Positions 22,726 through 37,780 are shown, counted from the stretch's first letter. The stretch is 64,000 nucleotides of DNA from Lama guanicoe (GCA_013239625.1 MU054187.1:23808795-23872794), one strand, 5' to 3'. Program-made: numbers and translations. The notes: a model not told the origin generated them from the letters alone.

Positions 22726-25700
22726 TAACAAAAAAATTAAGTGAACTGTATAAAACTAAAATATTTAGTAAAAATGAAAAATAAGAGAATTCAAAAATGG
22801 AAGATCCAAAAAGACCAAAAACAAAAGTTGTCTCAAGGGAAAGATGTACTATTCGTGGGAGCATCACCCCTTTGCACGACTAACTCCTTTGGGCATCATT
22901 CCATCTGAAACTGTAATGTGTTGGTCCTTCTCGAAGGCTCTCAGAACCTGAAAGAATACTGTAGCTGAGGCTACTGGATTTACTGCAAGAATATAATTAA
23001 GTAATTCTAGGGGAAAATAGATTGCTAGTTATGTATAAAGTAATGAGAGAAAACATACAATGTGTAGAAGAGTCAGTTGTCTTTGCTGTCAGGCAAAAAC
23101 ACATATGTAGTTTGGGAATCTCAAAAAAAAATTCTAGAAACTACATGTAGTGAAATGTTGAATAAAGATCCAAATGTGATTGGGAGGTTTAAATAGGAGA
23201 TCATAGTGATAACAATAGGAAAATGCATGTGGATAGAAACGTTGTTAAATGCACTCAGATAAATCGTTCAATAAATGTTTCTTAGAAGCTTGAATTGAAT
23301 CCAGCATGAGATGATACAAGTGGAAAATGGTGTGTTTAAATACAAGGATGGATGAGGAATATTAACTAATTTTGCTCACATTCCCTTGTAGAAAATTAAT
23401 GACATTTCAAACAGAAAGTGAGTGGAGGCTTAAGAAAAATAATGGACCACGAAAGTTTTAGATAGAGAAGCTGAAGGCACCAACTACTGAGCAAAGTGAT
23501 TAAGTAGAAAGATTATTCTTTATTCCAGGAAACTAGATGATTATATGATGGTGTCCTTGTGACCCACAGCAGAAAATCAGAGCAAATCAATATGACATAT
23601 TCTATGCTTTATGTGACTTTCCGTATCTGGCTTATGGTCCTTCATTTTTAAAATTTCCATTATGTTTTTATTTGAAGGGTTAGGCTCAATAAAAAATTTG
23701 AACTGCAACTGGTTGGAACCATCATCTGTAGTTTTGCCAATCCCTTCTGACTTATTTAAAGACTCTCTCTATGTGGGAATAATATTTGTAACATATCTGG
23801 GCACGGTTCTAGTGTTGGCCAGGAAACAAGGAGTGTGGCAAGGCAACTACACAGAGGTTAAAACAGAACATCATTAAAGGTTGCTAAGAGCAGACCTGCT
23901 ACGATGGGTGACAAAGCTTCCTGAGTTCCCCTCTGTTAATCCTTTAAGGCTTGATACCCTATGTATTTTCCATTGTTAGACTTTTTAAAAATCGTATCTG
24001 TTCCCCCAACTTGCCCAAAGTCCTCCAAGAAAATAATTATTCCTTATTCATCTCTGTATATCCAAAGCCTATGAAATGGCGTTGACGAAGTATCTGAGTT
24101 AAGCCGACTTAACTGGACGATTCTGAGGGACACTGGAGTGCACATGTCCTCGGTGGAGGCTTTACTCTGAAGATGACAAGAGTCAAGCTGGGTCAGGCAA
24201 TGAGACAGACGGTTCTGTTCTGTTTCAGAAATAGTGTTACTCAGAGAGAGTCTTGTGTGATTTGAGGCAAGAAATTGTTCTGCTAAAATTGTTGTTCATC
24301 TGAGACCTTTAATTCTTAAAGCCATAGGCTTATTCTGTAAGCTCAGGCCTTTCTCCTAAATACTTTGGTTTTATGAAAGTGATTTTCCACCTTTTATCAT
24401 AGCAAAAATCTGTAAGCAGCAAGGGAGTTTTCACCCCATATGAGATTTCCCTCACTGTTTTTGAAGAGAAGACCATATATCTTGTAATATTTTCTGTTTT
24501 GTTTTGTTTTTTGATTCTTGTTTTTTCATAAAGGTGCTGTGAATTTCAAGGTTATGGGAGCCGGCCAGAGGGGTCCTCTGGAAACTCCGATTTTCTGGAA
24601 AGAGAGATGAGTTTGACACTAGTTTAGACCTTGATAATAAAATGCAATCTTTGGGTATTTGCATGCTAATAGGCTTGTAGGAAACTGTTTGAACTTTGTA
24701 TTTAAATGTGTAATGCTTTTCACTACACTTGCATGCATTAAAATCCACTTCCCTTCCCTTATTTCTGTTTGAAAAGTCACATTTTTTCTTTACATACTTG
24801 CATCTAAAAAAATCTTAAAGTATTTAAGTGGGTAACTAGAAAATAAATACGTACAAGTGAATTAAAATGTATAATATAATTGTTGTATTCACTCCTTTGT
24901 AGAGTAAATATTGCTACTTTCTTGTATATACGGTTCTTTAGCATCTAACATTTACATAGTACAATAAAATTAATTCTTAAAAAAATTTACTGAAACAGAT
25001 AAACCACCTTGCATTGCTTAGACATCTTTTGTCACCAAATCTTGCTTAAGTTTAAGCATATTTTATGAACATAAACATATTTATAAACTTGCTCTTTTAG
25101 TAAATTCTTCATGTACTGATTTTTAAATATTTCTCAAAATTTCATAAGCCTTACAAGTGTATTTTAATACATTTTCCACATCATCCCACACTCAACTGAC
25201 TGATGCCAAACCATGGACAACCTGCTTTTTCCTTTTCACTGTCTTCTCTTTAACTGCGATGCACAAGCATGCTCTACGTAAGATCTTTGCTCTCTGTGAA
25301 TTTCTTACAAACCACCATGTTTTAACAGGTGTAAATGTACCTGCCGAATTTATCACATATATGCCAAAATCTCTTGTTAGGAAGGCAAAGGAAAATACTA
25401 ATGTTGGATCAATTAACATAATACTTGTATGTTCTTTTATAACGTAAATCTGGACAGATGAGAATGTCTTTAAAAGAAGAGTTTCGTGTAAAGGCAATGA
25501 CTATTCAATGTATCCATTTTGTGAATCTGCTTAAATTTTTTCTAAATAATTCTGTTTCTTATACTGAAAAGAACTCTGGCTTGGTTCTGAACTCAACCAC
25601 TGAAATTTGACAAACTATTCAGTTTCTTTGTGATGCATGTTTTATGTCTATATAGATTAGGGATGTGGGAGAGACAATATTCAAAATACCATTTCAAATT

Positions 25701-26740
25701 CTATCAGTCTGAGGCTATTGTATACTAGATGTTGTCTTACGCAGAATAGAGAATTCCACTATGCAGTCTTGGCATGGAGCCGTGGACTCATTCCCACAGG
25801 GTACTCGGAAAGGAAACAAACAGATTGTGTATCTGAACTTGTCACTGAAGGAAAAGAGGGTGTGGTGTATCCATCAACCATGTCCCTTGGTGGCTGAGAG
25901 TTCCCCAAGGCAGAGGGATGCTAACAACCCTTCCAATTACAAGCAGCACCTGTACATCAGCTAAGTGGCCTTCTATCCATTTGGAAGAAAAAAAAAATAT
26001 GTTTTAAGGCAGAGAACAGGGAGACCAAGCAGTGCATGCTTGAGGAGGAATACAAGAAATAAGATGAAGAGGTATGCTGAGGGACATAAAAATGCCATCT
26101 ATATTACCTAATTAATTAATCAATATCTGAGGTCTAGTGTGTGGACCAATCACATTCCTGTATCATGACAAGAAAAGAGAAAGAATTGCTGTTATCTAGA
26201 TGGTCCAAGCAGCTAGAAAAAATTTAAATCTCTTCTTTATTAATTTAGTTCAAATCTATATTACTTCTAATATGGACTAAAGTAATAATCCCCAAATAAT
26301 TTTGTTTATCTTTAAACTAGAGTAGCCCAAATTCTCACCCTTTGTCACTTACTCCTGTCATTAGCCTGATTGATTTGTGTGTCACTGGTGATGCTCTTAC
26401 CAGCATCATAACTTCACTGCTCTTTGATTACCTTAAACCCATGATCCTCTCCTCCATTCGACTTCAGTAAACCTCCCTCATGGCCACACCAATATCCCAT
26501 AATTAATTACAACTTCACTATTGTAAACTTAAACTCTAATATATGATTATTTCCCCAGAATTACTCACTTGTAGGTCACTCTCACTACCCATAATCATTC
26601 AATTCACTTAGACATAGTTATGTGAATTCTGTATATTGTCCCCAAATTCTCAGTTGTTCCTAATATTCATTTTCCTCTCAATATAACCTGTACCAGTGAT
26701 AGGATATATGAATGTGCACTTTCAACTCCCCGAATATAGA

Positions 26741-27270
26741 ATCATTCATTCATTCATCCATTGCTCATTCATTCACCCATTCAGCATTTTAAATCACTGT
26801 GGGGATATCCCCACCATGCACTGGGTATATGAAGATAAATTTTAAAGTCATGCCTTTCTTCAAGCTGCTCATAGTCTAGGAGAAATGGAGGAAAACAGAT
26901 TTCATGAACAGATATTTACAAAAAGAGTGAACCATAGAGAAATGGATGGTATGAAATTGAGCAGTATGGGGCAGCCAGCCTGATGGAAATAAGGAAGAAT
27001 TCTTAGAAGTGCTGTTCATTGAGCTGGGTTGTAAAGAATAAATCAGAGTTATCCAGCCAAGTAGAAGGGTAAGGACATGCTAGTTGAAGGGCAAAGCATT
27101 AACAAAAAGCAAACATAATATCCTAGCATGTTGAATACAGAGAATTATGCACAAATCAGTATTTCTGGTAAGTCAAGAGTTGAGAAAAGACTAGTAAGAG
27201 ATAAGTATATTATGCCCTTGTGGAGTGTCTAAATGACACATTATAGGGCTAGGGCTTCAGCTTTTAGGTA
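26741..27270 (-). mobile_element. L2 LINE 3' end
   Basis: (CATT)n tail remnant, then 'cactgggtata...gcctttcttcaagctgctcatagtctag'. Confidence 0.6.
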
Positions 27271-29030
27271 ATTCTCTAAATTCTTTCATTTTTCATTTCT
27301 TAACAACTTTACTGAAATACTTAAAACTATAACTTCACAGAGTTTTGAATTGCCACCCCGAATGAAAACTTCTCTTACTTTACATAAAAATGTATCTTCA
27401 TTGATAGTTCCTCTTTTTAAAAATTCTCTTCTCTTGGCTAAAGTCACATCAGAAGGGTTAGGGTAAGATAAAAAGCCTGACAAAATGGGTCAGATGAATC
27501 TACCTCAACCTCATACCTAAGTTGCTTAGCAGAGGAAACCACTTAACCAGGGTGGGCCAGATCAGAGCTCTGAAAGCTTGATTGGGACAGAGAAGTGAGT
27601 TCATGAGTGAAATTGTAATTTGTCAGCATTTGCTTAGAAGTCCTTTGACATGGATGTTCAATTCAGAAAACATAAAGAAGTCCTAGAATCTGCTTCCCTG
27701 GTATCAAGATACCAATTACCAAAACCCACTAAAGCTACCTCCTAAATCTCCACCTTGTGTTATTCTCCAATCCCACTGCAGTGGAGTCATTGGATCTCAC
27801 AGAGCTGATAAAACAAAGCTTCTCAAAAACTTGTTATTTGAAAAACTAAATTAATGCATTAATGAACTTTATAGAATTTTGGAGTAACTGCCTCCAGGGT
27901 CATATAGGCAAACATGAAATACAAACTTGATCTCAAACTTGACTTTGAAATAGAAAGTATCATATAGAGCAATTATGGTTGAGGTCATTGACACTTTTTT
28001 TACTTTTTAAAAGTACAGTGGTTGATACTAAAAAATTTATTAAGTATCAAACCCCACATTAACAAATTAACAATCCAGGGCCACCCATATTCCTTTAAGA
28101 ACAATGTGTGGCATTGTTTTTTCACTATGTTTCATCAATAACTTTTGCTGTTAATTTTAATGGCTGTCATTTAAATAAGGGTAAAGTATAAATTATGCAT
28201 GAATCAAATTTATAGCATTGTGTAAAGGATGTGCAACAATTATAGTAATCAGGTTACTATAGTATAAGAACAGTTGTATTGGTTAATTTAATTATTTATA
28301 CAAGCACAGCATAAGAAATTGTACTCAATTAATTCACATTTCTATTTCCCTGTATTTCAAAATGCCCTACACAAACGAAGTACAATGACCTACATGTCCT
28401 TAGGAAGTCTTAGTTATGTAGATGTTCCCTATTAAGACTGCATTTCCTATTATAGAAACTTATGTATTTAAAAGGTCACCTTTACTTAATGCATGAGTTG
28501 AAAAGGTTGCATAAAATCTACCAAAGGGAGAGTATCGGGATACATGAAGAAAAATATTAATGTAAGAATAAGAAAATAAGAGTCATTTTAAGAGACATGC
28601 CCAGGTAAAAGAAATCCATTGTGGTAAGAAGATAGTCTTGATTGCTACCATACAGATATGCATTTAAAATATTTAAAAATAATTGTACAAGTTGCTGACA
28701 AGCATTTTGGATATAAATAAGAGAAAAAATGCATCACAACTTTAAGTTACATTTTTCAATAATAATAAAATGGATTTAGATCTTTTGTGCTTTTTCAGCA
28801 TCATCCATGGCTAAAAATTTTGATATAATGAGGCTTTTTTATAGTACAGAGAAGTAAATATTATGAAAATACAGTTATGTTATTGTATCCATGGTCAGTA
28901 GATCACCATCTTGTAAACTTCATAAAATCAAAAACATTCTGTTTCCATTTTCTATCAGCATCACTATTGTGATCAACCAAGTGATAGGTGCTAACTGCTA
29001 AAGGCCAGAGAACTGTGTTAAAATCAGTTA

Positions 29031-31601
29031 GTGTATGCTGGACCATCCTTGTGTTCCTAGGATGAATCTAACTTGATCATGGTATATGATATTTTTTATG
29101 GTTGTTGGATTCTGTTTCCTGGTATTTTGTTGAGGATTTTTGCATCTATGTTCATCGATGATATTACACATGCAAATGAATCAGTGTGATAGACCACATC
29201 AACAAAAGAAAGGACAGATATCATATGATCGCCTGAATAGATGCAGAAAAAGCATTTGACAAAATTCAGCAATGACTTATGATTAAAAAAACTCTTACTC
29301 AAATGGGTATAGAGGAAATATATCTCAACATAATAAAAGCTATTTATGACAAGCCCAAAGCCAGTATAATACTCAATGGTGAAAAGTTGAAAGACTTCCC
29401 ACTAAAATCTGGAACAAGACAAGGATGCCTACTCTAATCACTTCTATTCAACATAGTCTTGGAAGTCCTAGTGATAGCAATCAGGCAAGAAAAAGAAATA
29501 AAAGGGATCCAAATTGGAAGAGAAGAGGTAAAATTGTCACTATATGTGGATGACATGATACTATATATAGAAAACCCTAAAAACTCCACACAAAAAATAC
29601 TAGAGATGATAAAAGAATTTTGTAAGGTAGCAGCAATATAAGATTAACATACAGAAATCAGTTGCATTTATTTATGCTAACAATGAAATATCAGAAAAAG
29701 AAAATTTAAAAAATCCCTTTTAAAATCACATCCCCAAAAATAAAATACTTAGGGATAAATCTGACCAAGGAGGGGAAAGACTTATACACAGAGAACTATA
29801 AAACATTGATTAAGGAAATTAAACATGACTTAAAGAAATTGGAAAGATATCCCATGCTTTTGAATTGAAAGAATTAATATTGTTAAAATGTCCATACTAC
29901 CAAAAACAATCTACTTTGATTTAGATTTAATGCAATTTCTATCAAATTATCAAGGATATTTTTCACAGAACTAGAACATAATAATCCTAAAATTTATATG
30001 GAATCATAAAAGACCCAGAATTGTCAAAGCAATACTGAAGAAAAAGAACAAAGCTGAAGGCATAAACCTCCCAGACTTCAGATACTATTATAGAACTACA
30101 GTAATCAAAACAGCATGGTATTGGCACAAAAACAGACATATGGATCAATGAAACAAAATTGAGGGCCCAGAAGTGAACCCACAAACCTATGTTTAATTAA
30201 TCTTTGACAAAGGAGGCAAAAATATACAATGGAGAAAAGACAGTCTTTTCACAAAGTGGTGTTGGGGAAACTGGACAACAGGATGTAAATCAATGAAGTT
30301 AGAATACTCACTCATATCATTCACAAAAATAAACTCAAAATGGCTTAAAGATTTAAATATGAGACATTATAAACCTCCTAGAAGAAAACATAGGCAAAAC
30401 ATTACCTGACATAAATCTTAGCAATGTTCTAGGGCGGTCTACCCAGGCACTAGAAATAAAATAAAAAATAAGCAAATGGGAATTAATTAAACTTATAAGC
30501 CTTTGTACAGTGAAAGAAACCATAAGTAAAGCAAAATAACTTATGGAATGGGAGAAAATATTTGCAAAAGATGAGACTGACAAAGGCTTATTTCCAGAAT
30601 ATATAAGAAGCTCATAAAACTTAATAAGAAAAAAACAAACAACCCAATCCAAAAATGGGCAGAAGACCTAAACAAGCAATTCTCCAATGAAAACATACAA
30701 ATAGGCACATTGAAAAATGCTCAGTATCATTAATTACCAGATAAATGCAACTCAAAACTACAGTGAGGTATCACCTCCCACCAGTCAGAATGGCCATCAT
30801 TCAAAAGTCCACAAATGACAAATGCTGGAGAGGCTGTGGAGAAAGGGAACCCTCCTACACAGTTGGTGGGAATGCAGATTGATGCAGCCATTATGGAAAA
30901 CAGTATGGAGATTCCTCAAGAAACTAGACATAGACTTACCATATGACCCAGTAGCCCCACTCTGATCATATAACCAAAGGGAACTCTTAATTTCAAGATA
31001 CACGCACCCCGATGTTTATAGCAGCACTATACACAATACCCAAGACATGGAAACAGCCTAAATGTCCATTGACAGATGACTGGATAAAGTATTTGTAGTA
31101 TATTAATATAATGGAATACTACTCATCCATAATAAAATACTCATCCAGAATAAAATAATGCTATCTGCAGCAACGTGGGTAGATCTGGAGATTGTCATTT
31201 TAAGTGAAGTAAAGCAGAAAGAGAAAGAAAAAGAACTATATAATACTAGTCATATGTGAAATCTTAAAATAAAGAAAAAAGAAAAGAAAAAAAGAGAAAA
31301 AAAAACTAATGAACTTATTTACAAAACAAAAACAGACTCACAGACATAGTAAACAGACCTATGGTTACCTGGGGGAAAGAGGATGGGAAGGGATAAATTA
31401 AGAGTTCGAGAATTGCTAATACTAACTACTATATATAAAATAGATGAAAATACAAATTTCTCCTGTATACCACACGGAATTATACCCAATATCTCCTGGT
31501 AACCTATAATGAAAATGAATATATGTAAGTATATATATGACTGAAACATGATGCTGTACACCAGAAATTGACACATTGTAACTGACTATACTTGAATAAA
31601 A
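29031..31601 (+). mobile_element. Camelid-type L1, 5'-truncated with 5' inversion (29031-29166 inverted)
   Basis: ORF2 RT peptide '…[19 protein letters not shown]' (29459..29641), 3'UTR and A-tail; TSD aaaatcagtta/aaaatcaatta at a TT/AAAA site. Confidence 0.95.
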
Positions 31602-33849
31602 AAAATCAATTAAAAATATTGGTAGTAAAAAACAGTAGTAAATGTCAATGCTCAAAGAGTTTCAGGGTTGTGTTTTGATAGCCTCATGCCCCCTCCAAAA
31701 ATAGTTAGGAACAGCTTTATTGTAGTTCCTTATTATATGCTGTATCCTTTGTTTAGCATCTTTTCATGTGAAGAAATTGAAGCTTAAAAAATGTAGTTTA
31801 CCACTGATCACACATCTATTTGTTGGTGTCAGTGACAGCTCCAAGTCTTTGTAGCTCTGGACTAAATCTAGGCTTTCAAATGCCAAAAAAGTCTATATCC
31901 TTTCTATATTTTTAAGAACAATGGATGTTTTGTTTTTACCTTAGTGTTCAATTCCCCCACACACCTGAATTGTAATTGAGTTGCAGACAGAACTAGACCA
32001 ATAGCTTCTGGAAACTCTAACCTCCACCTACCCATGTTAACAAGTTATTTCCCTCTCATCCATAGCTGCAGGCAGTGATAAATGTGTTGTTCAATTGATT
32101 CTCTTTATATCCTGGATTTAAATCCATCAATAAAAAAGTATTTGGTGGCCATATTCTACTGAAAAAAATTATTTCCTCACTGCCTGGCAGTATGCCACCA
32201 AAGATAAAGTTTTAAACTTCTGAATGTTGGTATATACTTTTAATTGCATACAATTAATAATGTTTAAGTCATGGATTTCCACAGTGATGTTTACTTCTGT
32301 AACAGTCATTAAAATACATTTTTCATGACATAGATACTTACTTATAATAGCCAAGTTGTGCAGGAAATCACCTCCAACAGTTAGTCAGGATGGCCGCATT
32401 AAAATGCTTACAACTTCTCAGAAAGCATAAAAGGTAGGTTTCTTGAATGCAAAGAAGAGGTTTTAAAGACTGAGCCCAGGTAAAGTGGCATTTCTGAAAA
32501 TCATTTACAATTGTGGGAATAAATAAAATTGAACTGAAGAGGATATTAACTTACTTTCCTATGTGCTCAAGTGTAATGAGAAGAGATGCAACAGCATCCA
32601 AAGACACAAGAAAAAATTGTATTTGGCTTGCTTTGCCCACTGGTACACTGCACATTTTATATTCGAATTAAAAATTTTATTTGAGAAGTTTTAACTGTTG
32701 TAAGCATGCTCAACAACTAACGTATGCATATGACTTCTAAATAAAGTCAGTCTTTAGTAAGAGGTAATGAACAGGAATATTAACAAGATTCTGATCAAAA
32801 GATATGGAAATATATTTAGATTGAAATTATGTTGACATTATGTTAATGTAAAATGATAACTCATCTAGTTTGAGGCTGTTTTAATTAGTATATTAAAATG
32901 CATTTTAACATTTCACTACTCTAAATCCATATAAATAGGAGGGATTCTGAGCTTTGATAATATTTTAAATAATATTTTAACACATAAAAATTTAAAAAAT
33001 AACTGTGGTCTTCTTTAACACTTATAGAATCTCAAGCAAAGATTCACTGGGTGTCAAATATGTATTTTAATGTTATATCTTAATGGATTTTTTTACATTT
33101 CATTTATAATGTGTCAGTTACCTAACTTTGACCAAGGTGTATCATATCTTTCCAGTAGGCTGCATTTTCCATCCAGTAACTTTATTTCATCTCTTGCCTC
33201 ATTCATTCATTCATCAATTATTAATTGCCATCACTTAAAAATTCACAGTCTGGTTCAGCAAGTGAAAGTTGGACAAATAAATTACTGTGTTTTCCTTCTG
33301 AAGAGCTGCCCATTTCTATGGCTTCCTTCTCCATTAGCGGGCCACGTGCAGTGGTGAGCCTCATCCCTGAACCCCCTTTTTATTAGATGAGCCAGCCCTT
33401 ACTGTGTACTGCTGAGGATAAGGGCTTCCCGATGTTCCAAAAGACATCATTAAGCATATTATTGGTACTACATAATAGAATCTTGATCTAATTTTCAGGT
33501 TATTAATTTGTCGTAATTTTTACTGCAAAAAACAAAAACAGAGAATTACCTCATAGTATTAACATTTTCATCAGCAACATGAAGCTCACTGAAATAGAGT
33601 TTCAGAAACAATATTTGCATTTTGAAACATGTCTCCCCCTCTGACCTGGCATTTACCTTAAATACTGTTCCTCTTGTCCACCAGTTTAAGTCAAAATATT
33701 AATGAATACTAGTTTCCTTAACTAGAGATACGTTTTTTCTAAGATGGATTTGCAATATTCTTTCTCAGAGAAATAGCCATTTTTCCTGTTAAAAGTTTTG
33801 TAACTTCTGTAAGATAATATAACATCAAATTGCTGTGTATTTACTGACA

Positions 33850-34050
33850 AAGCATGCTGTTTGAATTCAGACAGACGTGAGTTTAGATTTCAGACATGTC
33901 TTTTAGGTACTAGTCAATTCCGAACCCTAGCTTCCTCGTGGGTAGAAATAAAATTCTTACCTTACTGGCTTCTTGTGAGGGATAAGCCAGGTTATATGTC
34001 TGTCTCTGCCTACCCAGTGCCCAGCATGTGATATGATCTCAATAAGTGAA
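33850..34050 (+). mobile_element. MIR SINE
   Basis: 'aagcatgctgtttgaattcagacagacgtgagtt...cttcctcgtgggtagaaat...ttgtgagggataag...cagtgcccagcatg'. Confidence 0.55.
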
Positions 34051-34877
34051 AATATCTTTTCTCCTTCCATTTGTGAGCCTTCCTTATTCCTAGTGTCTAA
34101 GATCCTGATGCAATTTATTGAATGAATTACTCTCTATGTCCTCTTAGATACAGTAGCTGACCTCTTTGCCCTCTGTTCCCTCACCTACTGGATAAGAAAT
34201 TGAATCAGATACATGCTAAGTTTTCTTCCATCTTAAAAACTACTTTAAAAATAGGGATATAAAGAAGATAGACGTTGGAAAAATGAATGTAACTAATGTC
34301 TTAGAAAAGCATAGCTCTGGATTTAAATATAACCATGAAACTTTGGATCAATGAGTAATTTTACTGAGCATCAGGCCTTCTTCTTAATAAAATCGGGAAA
34401 CTATTGTCTATCTTATAAGTTTCACTTGAAAATTAAATAGTGCAATGCCAGAAATCAAGGGCTTTATAATAAATAATTATATAATATTATGCTAATATTA
34501 TAATTATCTATCTAATATTATGTTAATGTTATAATAATTATAATTAACCATTGCAACATTATCATTATTGCTATTTCATTATATTAATTTTAGACTAGAG
34601 AGGCTTGAAAAATAATTTCACTGTAGGTTTAGCAAAACAACTGTCTAAACAATATGTGTATTCAAGTATCTCAGATCTGTGAGCAATAAATGAAACAAGC
34701 ATCTCCTCTTTATATTTAATTCAGGGCAACATATACCCAAAAACATACTTAACATTTCTATGTATTCAAGAAGGATATTGAAAATCTAATATTTTCCAGG
34801 TATTGGAGCAATAGCAGTTGGGGACAAAATCATCTCACATACAGTTTATAATCTAGCATCTGACTAACTTATAATCC

Positions 34878-35302
34878 TTATTAGTTAGATTTTACCATAT
34901 AACAAACCACTGCATAATTAGTATTTTAAGAGAAAAAAAAGGGTTATCATTTTTCCTGTATTCTGTGGACTGACTTGGAGACTTTTCTGGTCAATATTCA
35001 CTTGGCTGTAGTTAGGTGACTTAAGATGAGTTCAATCATATGTGTAGAAGTTGGATGGAGGCACATGGACAATGGGGATGACTTCACTAAGGGTCTTTTG
35101 TTATACAGCATGATTGCCTTAGACTCTTACACATACTGGTGGTTGCAGGATTCCCATAAATACCAAGATGGAACGAGACCCACCTGCAAGAAATCTGCAA
35201 GTTTCTGCTTGTATCATATTCACAATTATCCTCTTGGCTACAGCAAATCACCTGGGGAAATCCAGAGCTAGTGTGGGGGTAGACTACTCAGTCTACTACC
35301 AA
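34878..35302 (-). mobile_element. MaLR LTR (MLT1G/H/I-like)
   Basis: 'ttagttag...ataacaaaccac', 'ttggctacagcaaatcacctgg...ccagag', ends 'tctactacca'. Confidence 0.65.
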
Positions 35303-36065
35303 TATGTTGTTACATGAGACTCAAAGGTGGGAGTCCTTTGGGAGGACAAGGAGAATGGGCTAAAACAATATAAGCACAGAGAAAATCTAAAAGCCCACTG
35401 ACCTGAAGTTGTATGAGAGACAAAGCAAACAAACAAACAAAACAGCTACCTCCTAACAAGGCCACAGAAGTAGAGTCATCAGAGGAGAGTCGGATTTCAG
35501 TTTGAGCAAGAATAAAAAGTTAGTTTCCAAAACTGGTGGACAAGAGGAAGTTGAGAAAATAGGAAATTTTGATAAGGTCTGAAGATTTACTGAAGGCTTT
35601 GAAAGTTGAGAATAAGATCAGATTAGATTAAAGGCCAAGTGATGAAGAGTAATCTGAGAGTTTAGGGTTTACTCTGGAGACCAATATGGGCTGGATAAAT
35701 ATGCAATTTGAAAATTTTTTGCTTAACATGACCTTGCTGAGGAAATAGCAGATGAATACTGTGTTTGTCATAACTGGTTCTACCCAGATATAGTTATTAA
35801 AGGACCCGACAAATTGAGTCATTTGGAGTTTGCCACATTCTTAGTGTTGCTATGTAAATCTTTAACATGCTTTTCTGTCCAGAGTGCTAGTTTATACTTC
35901 TTTATAAGCACAGCCACTGTGAACTCCCCACCATTCTTATAGTTAAAAGCTCACATTTCCCCCCAAGGAACTACTCAGTGTGTTTCTTTTTCTAACATGT
36001 GTTTACTTTACAAACAAGTAAGTAAACTCAGCTTTGTCTTTTTTTTTTAATAGCTCTAAGAATCG

Positions 36066-36412
36066 TGTAAAAAAAGAAAAGAAAAAGACAAACGAATAGA
36101 AATACAAAACAGAAATAGACTCATAACATAGAATACAAAATTGTGGTTGCCAGGGAGGAGGGGGGTGGGAATGGACAGACTGGAAGTTTGAAATCTGTAG
36201 ATACTGACAGGTATATATAGAATAGATAAACAAGTTTATACTGTATAGCACAGGGAAATATATATGAGATCTTATGGTAGCTCACGGTGAAAAAGAATGT
36301 GACAATGAGTATGTGTATATTCATTTATAACTGAAAAATTGTGCTCTACATTGGAAGTTGACACAGCATTGTAAACTGACTATAACTCAATAAAATAAAA
36401 TTTAAAAAAAAA
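36066..36412 (+). mobile_element. Young camelid-type L1 3'UTR (5'-truncated)
   Basis: 'ctgtatagcacagggaaatatat...ttgacacagcattgtaaactgactataactcaataaa' followed by an A-tail. Confidence 0.9.
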
Positions 36413-37752
36413 CAGAAAAACCTAAAAGAGAGTCTAGTAAGGTTAATTCTGGTAGTCACAGGAGCCAGTGCTGGTGGTGAATGGGTGAGCTCTGCAAATG
36501 AGACTAGAGAAGGGATCATGGGAGTGGGGGTGGGAAGGGGGCTCTTGCCAGAAGCCCTGAGGTTGTGTGAAGGTCAGATGGGAGTGTCTAGAGCATTAAG
36601 ACCTCTAGGTCTCATTCTTAACACCCAGAGCACGGAGATAATTTTTAAAAGCATCTTTTATAAAACATATGCTGTTAGGATTAATAAAATGTTCCATAGA
36701 ATCAGATATCTGATGTATAGACTAATTTATTAATTTCTACATTTAGACATCTATTTCTAAATTCTCTTATCTTACTTTGGTAATTGAATATGGATTAATC
36801 ATTTGCAAATATACCTAAAACACTTTTAATTTATTTACATGTATGAGCTACTATCTACACTCCATATGAATAGATTACTTTCAGCTTAGTAATTCTAACG
36901 TCATTTTTAAGTAATTCTCAAGAATTGCTCCTGATTTTAGCACACTACAGTTTGGGGAATGAATTCATGTCTATCCTATCCCTAAACTTCATGATTTTAG
37001 AATTCTTCATCTTACTTCTCAGCCTTTATCTTTCCAGTGAAAAGAGTCTTCATTTGTAATCTGTTATTTTCCAGAAGGCTCCCCATACCCTTGATCAACA
37101 GTAGAAAGGTTAAGCTTCAGTTTCTAAATCAGGACCTGAAGAAACTTGATAAGAGACAGCCAAAGTCAGGGACCATTAATCACTATCATGCAAGAAAAAT
37201 TGAGAACAGTATCGAGAAATACAGCATTGTAATTTGTAACTTTTCTTTTCCTTCCTTTTTCTTTCTTCTTTTCTTCTTTTTCAAAACTTGAACAACATAG
37301 GTTAAGAGAATTAAGTTTTAAAAGTTTTGAGTTACTAAATAAGGTTTATTATGAAAAGTTGTACTTCAAATGATGCAGTCTTTCAAAATAGTATAGGTCT
37401 TTAAAAATAATGCATTATTTATAAGATTGGGATTAAAATATTTCTCTTCAGGAATCTTAGACTCAAACAAAGATTTAAAAATCTGCAATTTTCTTACTTT
37501 CCTCCTTATCTCTTCACATCCCTTCATACTGATACCTATCTCCATGTCCCAACTGCCAGAAAAACCATATTCTTCACCATCAAACTATATCTAGTATCTG
37601 TGTGATATTTTTCATATTTGTTTTTGATCTGAGGGAGAAAACTCTTGCAAATTCACTTTATAAATATTTTGCTTGAAGCAAATGGTGAGTTATAAGGGGT
37701 TCTGCAACCCGACTGGGGTGAGATTGTATTTGGGGAAAAAGAGTAAATGAAA

Positions 37753-37780
37753 GTGTGTGTGTGTGTGTGTGTGTGTGTGT
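37753..37780. repeat. (GT)14 microsatellite
   Basis: Directly visible. Confidence 0.95.

Noticed and set aside
25157..25497. Overlapping 96-aa (+) and 101-aa (-) ORFs in non-repeat DNA
   Set aside because: No recognisable domain, non-ATG starts and no convincing splice context; the length is compatible with chance
26799..26814. Perfect 16-bp palindrome gtggggatatccccac containing an NF-kB-like site
   Set aside because: About one palindrome of this length is expected by chance in 64 kb; it lies in an L2 relic with no supporting motifs
27830..28100. Segment with a hairpin (ttgatact...agtatcaa) ending in 'cctttaa', possibly a TTAA-type DNA transposon end
   Set aside because: No matching opposite terminal inverted repeat found; cannot be supported
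34465..34550. AT-only repetitive patch with short inverted repeats
   Set aside because: Low-complexity sequence with no specific structure
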